Source: Camelus ferus
Lineage: Eukaryota
Direction of reading: 5' to 3'
Assembly: GCF_009834535.1 (NCBI RefSeq)
Contig: NC_045697.1
Location: 44,952,001 to 45,016,000 of the forward strand
DNA: 64,000 bases
Shown here piece by piece: positions 1 through 13,731 of this stretch (the first letter of the stretch is position 1; each line of letters begins with the position of its first letter). The notes below the pieces were generated by a model that saw only the letters and a list, made by a program, of their open reading frames with translations, did no database searches and was not told the origin of the DNA. The translations under genes were made by a program, and so were the position numbers.

Positions 1-880
1 ACTGATGGACAGGAAAGTGAACGTCTAGTCCTCGACCATGACAGGGATTGAGGTCGGGAGAAGCATGACTGTGGATGAATTTGGGAATGGTGAGAAAGAG
101 AAAGATGTTGAGGGGATCCATGCCTAGTGGGCTCTTTATTTTCCTATGAAGTAAAAGGAAAGCTCGTCTCCTGAGAACAGCAAGTAGGGGATGGGATAGG
201 GGCCTCTAAGATAGGAATGAAATATTGAAATAGCCCCTTGGTGAAATGCAAGAGGAAATTCACTAGCTCAGGCCGAGGAATTGCCGGGTGGTACTGCCGT
301 CTGCAGAGCCTGGAGCTGTGAGTGGTCCCTGTTGATAGAAGGGTGTAATCTTTTTCAAAAGGGATCCATAGTCTGGGGAGAGGAACAGAGAACACATGGT
401 CCGCGGATTAAGGAATGTGAAGGGCAAGTGCAAGGGAAAACGTTAAGTGGGTGAAGGAATTAAAGATGGTCGTCAGTGAGGAGTTGGAGTAATAATGTCG
501 GTTAAGCCAATCCTGGGAGAAGGAAATGAAGCTAGGAGAGGGGAAGTGAGAAGTCGAGCCATTTAAAACCTTAATGAAGTCTAGATGCAAAGGTATTCAG
601 TGCTAGGGATCTGAGGGCTGGTGGGATAGTATTTTGTGGTCAGAATGTGGCATTTTGGGATGTAAGATTTTGGAGATGGAGCAGTATTAGATACAGAAAA
701 GATTACAGTAGCAGAAGGGATTACTCAAGTAAAGTGTCATTAAAAGTCATTGAAGTTTAAAAAAAAAAAAGAGGCAGAGGTTTATTTTTTATCACAATTT
801 ACCATGAAAAATAAAACAAGGTGAAATATCCATGAGGAGTGACCAGTCAGGCCTGGGGTTGCCAAAGAATGCTTAATGAT
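1..880 (-). mobile_element. Old LINE-2 (L2) internal fragment, approximate boundaries
   Basis: Purine-rich degenerate sequence resembling antisense L2, similar in character to 4570-5720. Recognised by eye only. Confidence 0.45.
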
Positions 881-1600
881 GATTAATTATGAGAGATGTT
901 CCCCCTAGGAAAGGGCGTTTGCTTGCTTATTTATTTTCGTGCACGCTTATTTAAATAAAGGCAATAGACAGTCTGGTTTTTTTCCATTCCTAATGTCAAA
1001 TAAATCCCTAGGAGCTGGAGAAAAAGCAACACAGATGTGATTGCTGCTCTAAATAATGAATTTTCCCTCAATGCCACCAAATTGCAAATGAGTCATGATA
1101 CACTCATGATTATTTCTTTAATGAAAATGTGACATTAAGACATTCCTAGCAACATAGTGAACTTCTGTTTGCTGATACAGCTGGCCTCTCATTAACCTTT
1201 TCACACATGCCATCGGATTCATCTTCTGTTCATCAAAGCTCTATATTCAAATCCCTCATAAATATGATATAAATATAAATGAACTTGGAGAGTTTTCTCT
1301 TCAGCTTGTGAGACAAGAGAGTTGGAGGCTCTACCTCCCAGTTCCACCAGCACCAAAGCCACTAAAAGCAAGATTGATGGCTGGAACAAATTGAAAGCTT
1401 GGATGACAGTTGTCCTGGAAAGTTTTAGGTCCCTATAATAAGTTCTCTTAGTGCACTGTGGTTACCTAACTGGCTCAGAGTCAGTCTTCACAGTTTACAT
1501 TATTTTCTGTCTGCTTGTCTTGAGAATGAAGTTGATAGAGACAGAGAAGAGGTAAGACAACTTAGAAAATGCTTATCTAACAACTTGAAAATGCTTATCT

Positions 1601-1954
1601 AATACTTCTCAGCCATAAAAAAGGAATAAAATAATGCCATTGCAGCAACATAGATGGACCTGGAGACTGTCGTGCTAAGTGAAGTAAGTCAGCAAGAGAA
1701 AGAAAAATACCATATGCTGTCACTTATATGCAGAATCTAAAAAAATGACACAAGTGAACTTGTTTACAAAACGGAAACAGACTCACAGTCGTAGAAAACA
1801 AAATTGTGGTTACTGAGGGGGGAAGGGGGTGTGGAGGGATAAATTGGGAGTTTGGGATTTGCTAACTACTATATATAAAATAGATGAACAAGGTCCTACT
1901 GTATAGCACAGGGAACTATATTCAATTCCTTGTAATGGCCTAAGATGAAAAAGA

Positions 1955-1995
<41 letters not shown>

Positions 1996-2098
1996 ACTGA
2001 ATCACTATGCTGTGCACCAGAAATTAACACAACATTGTAAGTCGACTATACTTCAATTAAAAAAAAAACAACCAAAGAAATTGAACTTTAAAAAAAAG
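1601..2098 (+). mobile_element. 5'-truncated L1 3' end (cetartiodactyl type) with internal (TG)n and A-rich tail
   Basis: Typical L1 3' motifs are present: CTCAGCCATAAAAAAG, ATGGACCTGGAGA, AAGTGAAGTAAGTCAG, TAGCACAGGGAACTATATTCAA and ACTGAATCACTATGCTGT, then poly-A. It is flanked by ATGCTTATCTA (left) and ATACTTATCTA (2100-2110). Confidence 0.93.
1957..1993. repeat. (TG)n microsatellite inside the L1 3' UTR
   Basis: Direct observation. Confidence 0.97.
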
Positions 2099-4289
2099 GA
2101 TACTTATCTAGGTTAAGAAGAGTCTGTGAGGCTGATCTCTTTGGCTTTGAAGACTTGATTCTCTCACTTTTAAGTGATTTGTTAAGCATATCAAGTCCCA
2201 GGCTGTGCCCTGTAAATTGTCCATCAAGAGAATTCCAAATGACTTAGGGTGCAGTTTTCTTCTTCAAAGTTGTGTCTCAAACTGGTGCATAGAAAAAGCC
2301 AGAGCAAATTTACCTGAGCAGGGCTTGTATCTGCTGGCAAGGCGTCGGGATAGCCAGGCTGCTATGAAACATGCATTTCTCAGGCTTAACTTCACAGGGC
2401 CAGAAAATCACCTGCCCTTGTTTTCCTCTGCTTGGTTTCACGTTATACACTGTCAGTGATGCTGCTGTCAGAAAGTGAGTTGTGCTGGTTTGGATCAAAG
2501 GGCTTAGTCAGACAGTGTGGGCAGAGGGAATGCTGGAAAGCCACTGAAATGTAATTGGGCTGAGCCAGAAATGAGCTGTGCACAGTAAGCAACATTGTTG
2601 GGCTGCCAAGGGCACAGGTTCGCCCCGCACAGACTCTGCACCCTGGGTGGAACTTCCCTTCCTCCACTCCCCCAGGTATCTGGAGGTCTTGAGTCTTTTC
2701 ACATGGGCTCATATCCCTTATGCCGGTACCAATATTTCCTGGAGTTGGCCTGTTATGCTCACCCCACCCCAGTCCAGTGTTCATTGTCAAAGCTTATGGG
2801 TCTATATTTATCCAACAACACAGATTTTCTAACCTCGAGTACCTGATCTTTTTCTGGTCCAATCCCTGTGAAAATCTTGCTTGCAAGAATCCCTAATTGC
2901 TAAGGAGAGTTTGCAGATGTTCCAGTCCACCCACTGCTTCAGATAGAAGAAGCTTTTCCCTTGGATGAAGAAGGCCGTCAGAGGACTGTCTGCCTTCATC
3001 CTAATTATCAGTTCCTTGTTGAAACGCTCTAACAGAATTGCACTGCAGAATTTGCACTGCTCTTGGCTTGCAGTGCAGGCTGTCGTCAGCAACAGCAGAT
3101 GATTTTACTGTGAGATATGTTTGAGGACCTTCCCTGCCACACCCGGCAAGGTCCCCTGTATGAGATCCCACAGGTGACATTGCTCTTGAGTCTCTCAACC
3201 AAGAAAAACCATGTTACTCCTGGGTAGCTAGTTTGTTTTCCTCTTAAAGACATGATTCATCTCATAATATGTTTTCCCCTCTTTGCTTTAGCTGTTAGAA
3301 AGTTAGAGCTAAATTTGGAACATAGCTCTGAGAGGGTATCATGCCAATTTTACCCTTAGCTTTAGTGTCTTCTCTTCCATTTTAACTTCTATACTGTCTC
3401 CTTCAAGAATTTCATATCCTTTTGTGATTGGCATAATAACAATATTGGCATAAAGAATAAAAATGGAATTTTCTGCAACTACATAAAATTTCTCTCTTTG
3501 AAGAAATGAGGCTATACCATCGCAAGGGTTTGCAAGTAAAGTAGTAAAAATATACCTCTGATACTCAAAGAAAATGGAAGTAATGAGCCCACACCAGGGA
3601 GCCCACGAGTGGACATGGCTCAGTTCAAAGCACGTGTACTTTGCCAAGGATGTCTTCCATGCTGCTTCAGGTCATTTATTTTAAGTCAAAAAGATGTGGC
3701 TGGAATCAGCGTTCCCTGCAGTGTATTCCATAGGGCGTTAGTTCTGAAAGGATTCTATGTTCAAGGATGTGTGGGACACTCAAGGAATATATACAACTTT
3801 CTTTTAAACCCAAACTGCAGGATTTCTAAAAGTTCTTAACATACCTTCATTGCGAATCTTCAGAAGGCAGACTACGTGGTACAGAGTTTCTAAATTTATT
3901 TGACCATTTATTTTTCCTGGAGCATCTCCGAGAGCTAATCTTCTTTGAGAAGTGCTGGGGTAGAATAATGCCATTACCATTATTATTGTTATTAGAGAGG
4001 ATCTTCTGTTTTTTCTTAAAAAGGATAGGGCAAAGGCTTATTTACTTCTTGCTAGCATTCTGAAGTTCGTTATTTTCATATTTAAAGTGAAAATGCACTG
4101 AAAACAAAGCAATAAAAGCCTTCATGAGCCGTGTGTGATGTCTTGTGGATTTCTTTAGTGGAGTCTTTTATATTTAGGTCATACTTTCTTAATTTAATGT
4201 TTAAGGTTCTTAACTGTAGGAAAATATGATGCTGAGATGGGATCCTTGGCAACGCTCTGGTTTGATGCCACCATTACACTTCAGGAAGG

Positions 4290-4560
4290 CACAGTTGTGA
4301 AGTGTCTGGAGTCTAAAATAGGACATGGTTTCAGTTTATGGCTCTGTCACTTATTAGATATGTAACTTACTAGATCTGTGACATTGGGAAAGATGTTTAA
4401 ATTCTATAAGGCCTGGTTTCGTTGTCTGTAACATGGGGATTATTATGTAACTATCTCATAAAGTTTTGAAGACAAAATTAATTCGTGTGCATATGTGTGT
4501 ATAGTACTTAGCGCAGTGACCTTCATATAGTAAGTACCTAATAAACTGTAGTTGTTATCA
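4290..4560 (+). mobile_element. MIR SINE
   Basis: MIR core-like GGCTCTGTCACTTATTAG...GTCTGTAACATGGGGAT and 3' end TAGTAAGTACCTAATAAA. Confidence 0.75.
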
Positions 4561-4569
4561 TTTTTGCTT

Positions 4570-5720
4570 ATTTGGGTAATGTTTATTGAGCAACTGCAAG
4601 GCGATGGGTACCATGCTGTATATGTGGATGTAAATGTGAATGAGTCACATGCTCACCCTGGAAGAACAGAGTCAAGTAGACAAATAACGGACTGTTACAT
4701 AAATGTGTCAGGTGAAGTGTTTATGGATTAATGATAAACATAGGTGCAGAAACAGTGGTGTCATAGAAGAGAGGGCTGTCAGTTCTTTGGGGATGAGGCG
4801 GAAAGGTGGCTTACAGAGAATCCACAGTGAATGCTACCTTGGAGGTGAGTTTTAAAAGGTGGTTAGATGTTTGACAGGGAGAAGACAGTGAGGCCAAGGC
4901 TGCTGGTGAGAAGGATTCCAGGCTGACTTATGAGAATGAACAAAGGCAGAGTAAATTCAAGAAGCTGCAAGTAGCTCAGAACAGCTGTGAGTGACGCGTG
5001 CAGGGGGAGGTGGGATGAGAAACAGGGAGTGATGGAATGGAAACCAATGAAGGCTATTCTAGAAGGGAGTGGTCAGTAGTGGCAAAGCTTCCAAGCAATC
5101 ATGTACGATAAAGACTGAAAATGTCCCTAGGATTTGATAATCAGGTCACTGGTACCCTTTGCCAGGATGGTTTCCAGGGTGAGCTGGCAGAGTAGAAATT
5201 AGATTTCAGTGTTTGAAGAAATGTTAGTGGATAAAAGTAGAGCCTGAAACTATGAGGAACTGGCCAAGGCTAGAAAGGATGGAAAAAGACATGGGGTCAA
5301 AGGAAGGCTTTTCAAGATAAGAGATGATTTAACATATATGGACTGTTGAGTGGGGGCCTGTTGTAATGAGGAGTCTAAAGTAAAAGAGAAAGAAGGAGAA
5401 CTGAGCCTGATTCCAGCTTCCAGGAAGGGGTCAGGCTTCATGAAGGAGGATTTGCCTGGAACTGGAAGAGGGCCCGGAAGGGAGTGAAGATGCGTTTGGA
5501 TGTTGACACTTTTATACGGGTGGGGAAGGAAGTTTTATAGAGAAGACGACTGATGCTTAATTTTCTCAGTGACATAGGGGACATGCTAGAAGTCCCTGTT
5601 CATGAACTCGTGTGTGTGTAGAGGGTGGTTTGGACAGGCTTGGGGTGTGTTCATGAAGAGGACTAAAGGTTCTCAGTAGTCCCGCGAGAGCTGAGAAGGA
5701 GCTGACCAGAAACACTGTAT
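4570..5720 (-). mobile_element. L2 fragment(s)
   Basis: Starts with the antisense L2 3' end (TTTATTGAGCAACTG) and continues with degenerate purine-rich L2 body. Confidence 0.6.
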
Positions 5721-6725
5721 TCTTTTCTTAGAAGAGGAAGTCCTATCAGTTTAAGGTTGGTGCCCCTTATGAGTTCTGAGTTTATTAATTTATATGAGAA
5801 CTTTGTATTGAGTATATAGGGAGTGCCACGAGGTCATTATTGATTTATGATATTATGCTTGAGAGACTATCACTGAGGGGAAAAAAATATTTTTAAAGGG
5901 CTATCCTTCCATAATTCAAAGAATGTTATTTGTCTCACCATCTAGATATTTATACACTATGCAAACAGCCTGAGCATTTAATAACAGTCTGATCCATGTC
6001 AGCCTCCCACATCACAGAAGGAAAAGGAAGAATCCAAGCATGTTATTACTTTGGTTGAATTTGTTACATCCCTTAGTTAAATGCATGAGCGAGCCATGCT
6101 GTCCTGCCTTGAATAAACTATTAATCAGTATAAAAGTATAAGACATACACCTTAAAATTATGGTTTTATGTCCCAAGTGCATATTAACATTTATTGAATT
6201 CTTATATAATGCCATATATTATGCTACAAACTTTCCTAGCATAATCTCATTTAAACTTTCTTAATAATTCTAGGAGGCAGGAAATCTTTAAGTTGTATTT
6301 TATAAATGCAGAAACAGAGGCTTAAGAATAGGTACCTTGCTTCTCTTTTAGCTTGCCACTCAGAGGAGAAGATGGAAAGTTCAGAGGGCCTGATGTTAAA
6401 TCAGAGTTCTGCCTTTTAACTGTAATTTTATAACTTTTTCAATTTTACAATTTTACAGCATTGAATAACCTAAGAAGGGAGTTTGAAAGTCCAGACTAGC
6501 CTGAACTAGACCCTTGGCTGACGATGGACAAATACATGGCTGTCGTGCCTTCCCATTCCCCTCTGTACCCACTGCAGACATTAATAATCAATCCTGGCAC
6601 ACTTTTCAGAACTGGTCTCAGAAACCCTCATGAAGTAGTGATCCAGGCAACCACTCCTAATTGGTTTGTCATTCAGAAGCTAATATACCCAATTATTTTG
6701 TGAATCCACCTGGTGGGCAGAACAG

Positions 6726-7150
6726 TGTGTCATTTCAGATCCTGTGAGAAGCAACTAAGTTGGGATAAGATCTACATGAAGGCTTTATTGGGGGGAAATG
6801 CCAGTGAATTTAAAGGGGAAGGGAGAAAGGGAGCCATTGTAAAAAGGGGAGTGGTCTTCAGACCACAGTGCAGGTTTGACACCTGTGAAAGGACAGAGGG
6901 AAGGAAGGATCCAGTAGGTAGGGCTTCTGACTGTAGTGCATTTCTAAGAAAGTCTCAGCCAGGATGATGCATTTCCTGAGCAAAAGTGTTACTGGAAGAA
7001 TCCCACCCTGGGCAAGAGAGGGCTGGCTCTCATTCCTGGTTTCCCTTACATGCTCAGTAACTGGCTGTAGGGAAGCATGGCCCTGGGCCTGGAAGACACA
7101 AGTCAACTAAATCCTCAGTGAGGATTTGAGTGCACTTTCACAGCAGCCAT
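6726..7150 (-). mobile_element. ERVL solo LTR (LTR16-like)
   Basis: Motifs TTTATTGGGGGGAAATGCC and CTTCAGACCACAGTGCAGGTTTGACACCTGTGAAAGGA match the remembered LTR16-family consensus. Confidence 0.6.
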
Positions 7151-9130
7151 GACGAGTGTCCCTAGAAATATCTCAGCTGATTCTCTGTAGATCAACTAGG
7201 AACGATTGTGCTGCCAAAGCTGGCAGTTCACAAAGCCTTTGAGGGGTTCTCAGCAGCTAGAAGATTAGAACTCCATTTCCCTTTCCTGGAGTTGTGGCTC
7301 ATCTTCCAGAGTTTCAGGAGTTGAGTGTGGAAGAAATTCCTGTGTGTTTGTGGAGCCCCCGGCTCCTCCCTTCACCATCAAACCCTGAGGAAGAAGAGGA
7401 AGTGACAGCTGCCATTTTCCTCATTTGCTCACTGATCCCTGGTCTCATCACTTTCTTCGGTTGGATATGTTTCACCTTCACTTAGCACAAGCTATCCTCT
7501 TTGTTACCAGGACTGTAACATAGTAACATAATGATTTACAAAGCATCACAAAACATTGGTATCTGCAGGGATATATTTAAGATCTTCAAATACTCCCTGA
7601 AATTACAAAAAAAAGAAATGTTTAAACAGCTTATTGGCTTTCTCCCAAATTATGTTTTTACTGAAAGACACATGCATTTACCTTTTTCACGTGATGGACT
7701 TAAAAATTTTTTTTTTCTTAGCAAAGAAACAAATTTTGCCACTGTAAGTGTTACTAACAATAAGTAGCAACTCAGCAGAGCTGACAGGCTGGTAGCTAAG
7801 TTTATTCACTAGTTAAGTGGATCGGTCCTGTACACCACTCTCAGAGCACGTGGGATTCAGGTGTACTTTTGGTTAAGATTCTGCATTACCACACACTGTA
7901 ATGAAGACAACACAGTTATTCCCTGCCATTTATTCATTGCTCATTACCAAGGCACTGCATCTGAAATACACGAGTATCAGAGATTTATAACAGCCCTTTG
8001 AAGTAGATGGTACTACCCCTTTTAGAGAGAGAGGGCTTTTTTGTTTTTTCTTTAAGGATCAGAGAAGTTAATGAAGCTCCCAAACAGTAAGTGACAGAAC
8101 TAAGATTTAAAGTCACACATCCTTTGACATTAAAAATAGAAAAGAGTTTCTCTGTTTGTCTCTTCTCAAAGTTATCTTTGAGGCCAAGCCTAGTGTTGTA
8201 AGGTCTAGGTGAGCAGAGGCCGTGTCTGGTTTATCCCCAGCTCCCAGCACCAGACCTGGAACAAAAAGAGCTCCATATAGACCTAGCATGAAGGCTTGCT
8301 GGCACATTTGGCTGCTGAGAAAATGTGATAGTCATTTAATAGAAGACCATAGGCAGGAAAAAACTATTATAAGTTCATATAAGTTAAGATGGAAAAAATC
8401 CAGAAAATTGGGGGCCCCAAGTCTGATCAGTAGTCTGCTCTTCTTTGAGGTTGAGGGTGGTTCTTTGTGGATGTGATTTTCCTAAAGGACACAGAAAGGG
8501 GCAGTTGGCTTATCCTTTGAGAAGAGAAAATGAAAAGGAACATCTGACCACTATTTTTTTAAACGTCTTATTATAAGTCCTGGAAAAATGTGTGCAGATC
8601 AAAACAGCCAGGTGCTTGGATAATAGCCCTCTGGGGCCAGCTGGCAGAGGGCAGCTGGTCATCAGAGTGGATGGAAAAAAACATCTTCCCAAAAATGAGG
8701 AGTTAGCCTAAGAGCAGGGACAGGAAAGCACCAGTGTGGGGGAGGCTATGGACAGACTGTAAATTATGTGGATGAAAAAAGGATTAAAGGAGCACATTTT
8801 AGAAGGTGCTGGGGTCTAAGAAAAGGTCTTTTTAATCAGTGAAGGCAGACATCCAGCCAGGGATTCAGTTGACCCTTGTGATGTTGACGGGTCAGAAGAG
8901 AAGGAGAAACTTACTTCAGTGCCAGCTCTGATGACACTGAGCACCTCCAGCAAATGAACCCTCAAGCTCAGGGGTCTAAATTACCAGGCAAGCCTCTCCA
9001 GGTTGAATGCAGGAGACTGAAAACTACTACAATTTGGACAAATACCATGTGATTAATGGCCTGAATGGGGAAGCGATCCAAAATATGTCTTGGATTTTGA
9101 ACTTCTCGTCCAGTAAAATTATGAACTGGA

Positions 9131-9473
9131 CAGCTGGCCTTCTGTATCTGTGGTTCTGCATCTGCAAATTCAACAAACCACAGATGGAAAGTATTTTTTT
9201 TAATTCTAGAAAGTTCCAAAACAGCAAAATTTGAATTTGCTGCATGCCAGTAACTCTTTACATAGCATTTACGTTGTATTTACAACTATTTACATAGCAT
9301 TTACATTGCATTAGGTATTATAAGTAATCTAGAGAGGACTTAAAGAATACAGGAGGATGTGTGTAGGTTATATGCAAACACTACGCCATTTTATATAAGG
9401 GACTGGAGCGTCCACAGCTTTTGGTATCTGCAGGGACCCAGGAACCAATCCCCTTTGATACTGAGGGTGACTT
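9131..9473 (+). mobile_element. TcMar-Tigger non-autonomous DNA transposon (Tigger3/MER7/MER2-like)
   Basis: Termini CAGCTGGCCTTCTGTATCTG and GATACTGAGGGTGACT. Diagnostic internal sequences CATAGCATTTACATTGCATTAGGTATTATAAGTAATCTAGAG and TAGGTTATATGCAAACACTACGCCATTTTATATAAGGGACT. Confidence 0.88.
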
Positions 9474-9574
9474 TTTTGATAAAGGAGAGATTTGGCGTAT
9501 TGCTTCTCTCCACCCCCTTCACTCTCCTCTGACTCCACTTATATTTCCAAGCCAACAACTTTCTGTAAATAACA

Positions 9575-9700
9575 ACTAACATTGTTCGACACTGCTCTGA
9601 GTGTTTTACATAAATTAACTTGTTCATCCTCACGGTAGCTCTCTAAGGTGACACTTTTACTACCCCTTTTTACAGATGAGGAAACTGAGTCACAGAGAGG
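9575..9700 (-). mobile_element. MIR fragment
   Basis: Core TTTTACAGATGAGGAAACTGAG. Confidence 0.8.
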
Positions 9701-11289
9701 GAACTGAGAAAAGAAAAAAAAAAGAGCACCTAGGACTCAATAGGGTGAGAAAACGTATTCCCACTGTTATTACAATAAGCAGCTGGTTACAGACTAGCAG
9801 ATGGGAGACATGGGCAAGAAACAAGACAAGAACGACCTTTGTGAGGGTACCAAATACGAGTGCTAAAAGAAGCAAAGAAATAGGCCTAAAGTCTATAAAA
9901 TTAGACCAAAATTTACTTATTAAAGGGACTTTAGAGCTAGAGGACAGTCTCTAAATCTTGAAAATAAAACCCATTTGGCCTGTTTCAAGTCAGACTAATG
10001 AGTACAAACGCTGAGAAAGCACTGAGGATGCAAGGAAGTGAAACAGGAGGGATTGAGACCACAGACAAGGGGGCGCAGGAGGACACGTGGCCGTGTTGTT
10101 CCCTGTGGGGTGATGGCCATCTGTGGTGGTCTGTAAACCCTCAGAGCTTTGGCTCCCAAGCCCAGAAACTCTTTATGTCTTCTGGGGGCCCTCAGAGAGA
10201 AATTAACTAGGCCCCTCCCACCCCAAGCCCAGCAGGCTGTTGTTACACATTATGTTCATGTTGGGAGCTGGATGTGAACTGAATCAGCCACCAACCACTG
10301 GAGGTCCAAGGCCATTCCTGGCCGATGTCTTTCTCAGTCCCCATTCTTGTCTGGTCCCCTCCCTGGCTTCCATTGCTGCCTCCAAAGCAGGTGCCCTCAC
10401 CCCAAGTCCTATAGTATCAAATGGTCCGTGGTCAAGGGCTCTTTCTGCCTCGTGATTCTCAACTCCAGTCACAACAAGAGACACTGTTGCCAAGAACTGG
10501 GCCAGTGAAAATACAAAGACATTTTTCAACCAGGCAAAAATATGCAAACAAACTGGTTTGGAGGGAGGTCCGAGGCAAATCCAGCGTCTTAGCATCTGAG
10601 CCAGAGCCAAGGGAGAGAACTCGGGTGTCAGTGTGATTGTCTGTGGCTCAGAAGTAGAAAGAAAGGGAATCCATGGCTTTCAGTATCCCTGTTGAGCCTG
10701 CAAGCTGAAAAATAAAGCATGAATACAGCAAATTTCATCACACTGGAGTCCTTAACATACAAGTATAGGTGAAAATCTCTCTTCTCTCATTTTGTAAGAT
10801 GTCTGACGCTGTTTATTTGGAAGCTCACCTAGCAAATGGAATGGTTATCTCCTCTAATTTCCTCTCTGCTCTGGTGTGCCTTTGGGAGCATCCAGTTCCT
10901 GGCCACTCTGCCCCTTGTCCACTGAATAAGGAGAAAATCTCCTCCCTGCCTAAATTTTTTTTTAAAAAAACCCTCAAAGATTACTATCTCTTTTGTGAGG
11001 AGTTACTTAATCTCCAGAATCATCATGTTGAGGGAAGGAGAGGGGTGTACACAGTAAACTTCCTCAGAGGAGAGAGGGGGCAGAGGAGCAGAAATACCTC
11101 TGTCAGTTGCAAATCAGTAAAATGGGGCAGGCAGAGGGGGTGGGGTGGTGTGTGTGTGCATCAGTGTGATTGCCAGCGTCAGCGATCCTGTCAATTTACC
11201 GGGTAAATCTTCAGGACTGGCTGATCACAGACCTCTATTTAGGCTTGTGTCTTTGTTAGGCTCAGGGATATCTACACCGTTTTGTCCAA

Positions 11290-11452
11290 CAGCAGTTGTC
11301 AACACTGGCTGCACGTTGCCCTTATCCAGGGAGCTTTAAAACACCCAGATGCGCGGAAGAGTTAGATTCAGTTGGTCTGGGTGTGGCCTGTGCATTGGGG
11401 CTTTTAAAAGCCCTCCAGAAGATTCTAATTTGCAGACAAAGCTAAGTACCAA
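11290..11452. mobile_element. MER5-family hAT-Charlie MITE
   Basis: CAGCAGTTGTCAACACTGGCTGCAC...GATTCAGTTGGTCTGGGTGTGGCCTG...GATTCTAATTTGCAG. Confidence 0.75.
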
Positions 11453-12069
11453 GAGTGCAGAGTTACTTCCTAGTGAGAAACTTAGGAGGACTCCTCGGTC
11501 TCCTGGGCCAGCTGGAAGGATGTGTTACAGTGACACCACTAGTCAAAAGGAGGGAAAGACACTGGAAGTAAATATCTAAATTCAGGCTTTTCTGTTTACA
11601 AAACATTGGTACCAACAGCTCTGAGTCATTAGGGGAGGCCACAGAAAACACTTGATCTCTTTCAAGGTTCAGTCTTCTTGTCAATCCGTTGGCATCCAGA
11701 GTATGTTAGATCGATCCCCTTCTCTTAAACACTAAGAGATCTCAGGAAGCCTGGAGGCCAGGGCTACAGCTTTATTAGCAGTGTGTCCACTGGTTCTCTC
11801 TGGAGTTCAACAACAGAATAATCTCTGCAGACAAACCCCCCGTTGCTTTCAGTACGCATCAAGATAGACACCAAGCCAAGTTGTTTAAGTCTGTCACCCC
11901 TGATCTCTGGGTGAATAAACTGTGAAACCAGAAAATTATGCCACTGAGGGTTTGGACAAGAGAATGTCAGTCAGGTTCATGTTGCCTTTCTGCATCTTGG
12001 ACGCCCAGGCAGCTTTTAAGATGTGACTTTGTTTTAGTTGGGGAGTTCCCGTCCTTACAACTCTATCAG

Positions 12070-12310
12070 ATACGATCACTGCTGTGTACCAGGCGTTCTG
12101 CTAAGGGCTTTACACGGATGGTCTCGTTTCATCCTCACATCCTCTACAGGAAGTAGATGCTCTTTCCCTCCTTTTACGGGGGCAGAAATTGAGACTTATT
12201 GTGGCTTTGTGACATAGTCATTATCTAGTGGCTGGCATGTGACAGAGCAGTGGTTTAATCAAGATCTGTGATTTCAAAATCCAAGCCTTTATCCCTGAGT
12301 TACTGCCCCT
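12070..12310 (-). mobile_element. MIR
   Basis: TGTGTACCAGGC...CTAAGGGCTTTACA...ATCCTCACA...GAAATTGAGACT. Confidence 0.7.
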
Positions 12311-13731
12311 GGTGTATAGATTTCCGGGATAAAACAATTCACTTTTGCTTGTTTATCAGTCTCTTGGTTTATCCCTTCCTAGAATCTGAACCCGAGTCAT
12401 TGTAATGATGAGGAATTTTTTTGTGGTTGGTTTCTTTAAACAGGACCCTTTCTCAAAGAGTTTGCCAGTGCATATGGGAACTTCAAACAATAGCTGACTT
12501 TATGACTGGGGATTGTTTCTTTATGCAATCGGATTAATCACAAGAAGGAGGCAACAGCAACGAAGGCTTAAGAAACTGCTGAACGTGCTCGTGTGTGGAC
12601 TCACACCACTGGTGCTGCTGTTTTGTCAACATGGAAAACCGGATTTTAATCTTGATACGGCTCCTTTTCTGTTTTCGCTAATGGTTGTTATAACATTTTG
12701 CTCAATCTGCCAGAGATACTTGAAAATCTTCCCAAAGCTATCATTAGCAAGTATTGCAAGACAGGGCTGGTCAGGGTTTCTCTGCCTGCCGGTCCGTGGG
12801 TGTATCTGAATAAGATTCCTGAGCTTTTCTAACCTGGACTGCATTGCTTCAGAGTAATAAACACAGAGGACAGGAGGATCACTAGTGACGGTTTTGTTAA
12901 TTTACTTTCTCTCTGGGTGTATAGGAGTCCCCATGTGTATGTCTTCTACCAACTTCTGTCCTGCACACCTAGGGTGATGCCCAGCCTCCGAGAAGCCCTG
13001 CCATTTTAGTGCATGCTGAGTGCAGGGCTTGGGTTTAACTACTGTCTGCCCTTGCCCTGTTCTTCCAAGGGCCTAGATGGGATGGCTCTTCTCTGACAGG
13101 GGTGTGTCTTTGTCCATTACAGAACATTCAGTGGGTCTTGTTTGGGGCTCTGCACTTGAGCTCTCAGTGTCAGGGGGTGAAGGCCATCCATGTGGATTTA
13201 TGGAATCTCTAGTGCCTCTAAAATCTGTCGCAACTTGTCAGAGTCTTCTGAGGCCAGATAGCCTAGAATAAATAAATCTCAAAGATCAGTTTATTCCCTT
13301 TTAAAGGTTTTACTCCTCTGAGAACATGACTGAATTTTTTACCTCCCCCAATAAAGCAAATAAAGGCATGTCTTTTTATGCTGGGCTCTTCTAACTTCTG
13401 AGTTCAAGAACGTGACAGACTTGGAAAGAAATCTTCTTATAGACCCACCATGGACATGCAGACAGAAGAGGAAATAATTTTTTGTTATTTGAAACTTGAG
13501 TTTTGGGGTTATTTGGATTGACGACATAGTCTGATTGACAAGAAAATCATCGTGCTAAAGCTCCACATTGAGGGGCAGTAGAAATATGACAAAGGAGATT
13601 GCTCAAGAGGAAAGGACTTGGAAATTTCTTGGTTGGTTGTTTGTTTTAACCTTAGGAATTGCTGGCCAGCAAATGTAGGAAAGGATTGAAAAGATATTAA
13701 AATGTCCAGGCCAAGCCCTAGAAAGCCTCTG

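Noticed and set aside
10060..10080. CTCF-like CAAGGGGGCGC
   Set aside because: It lacks the conserved 5' CC of the core motif and cannot be supported without a PWM scan or ChIP data.
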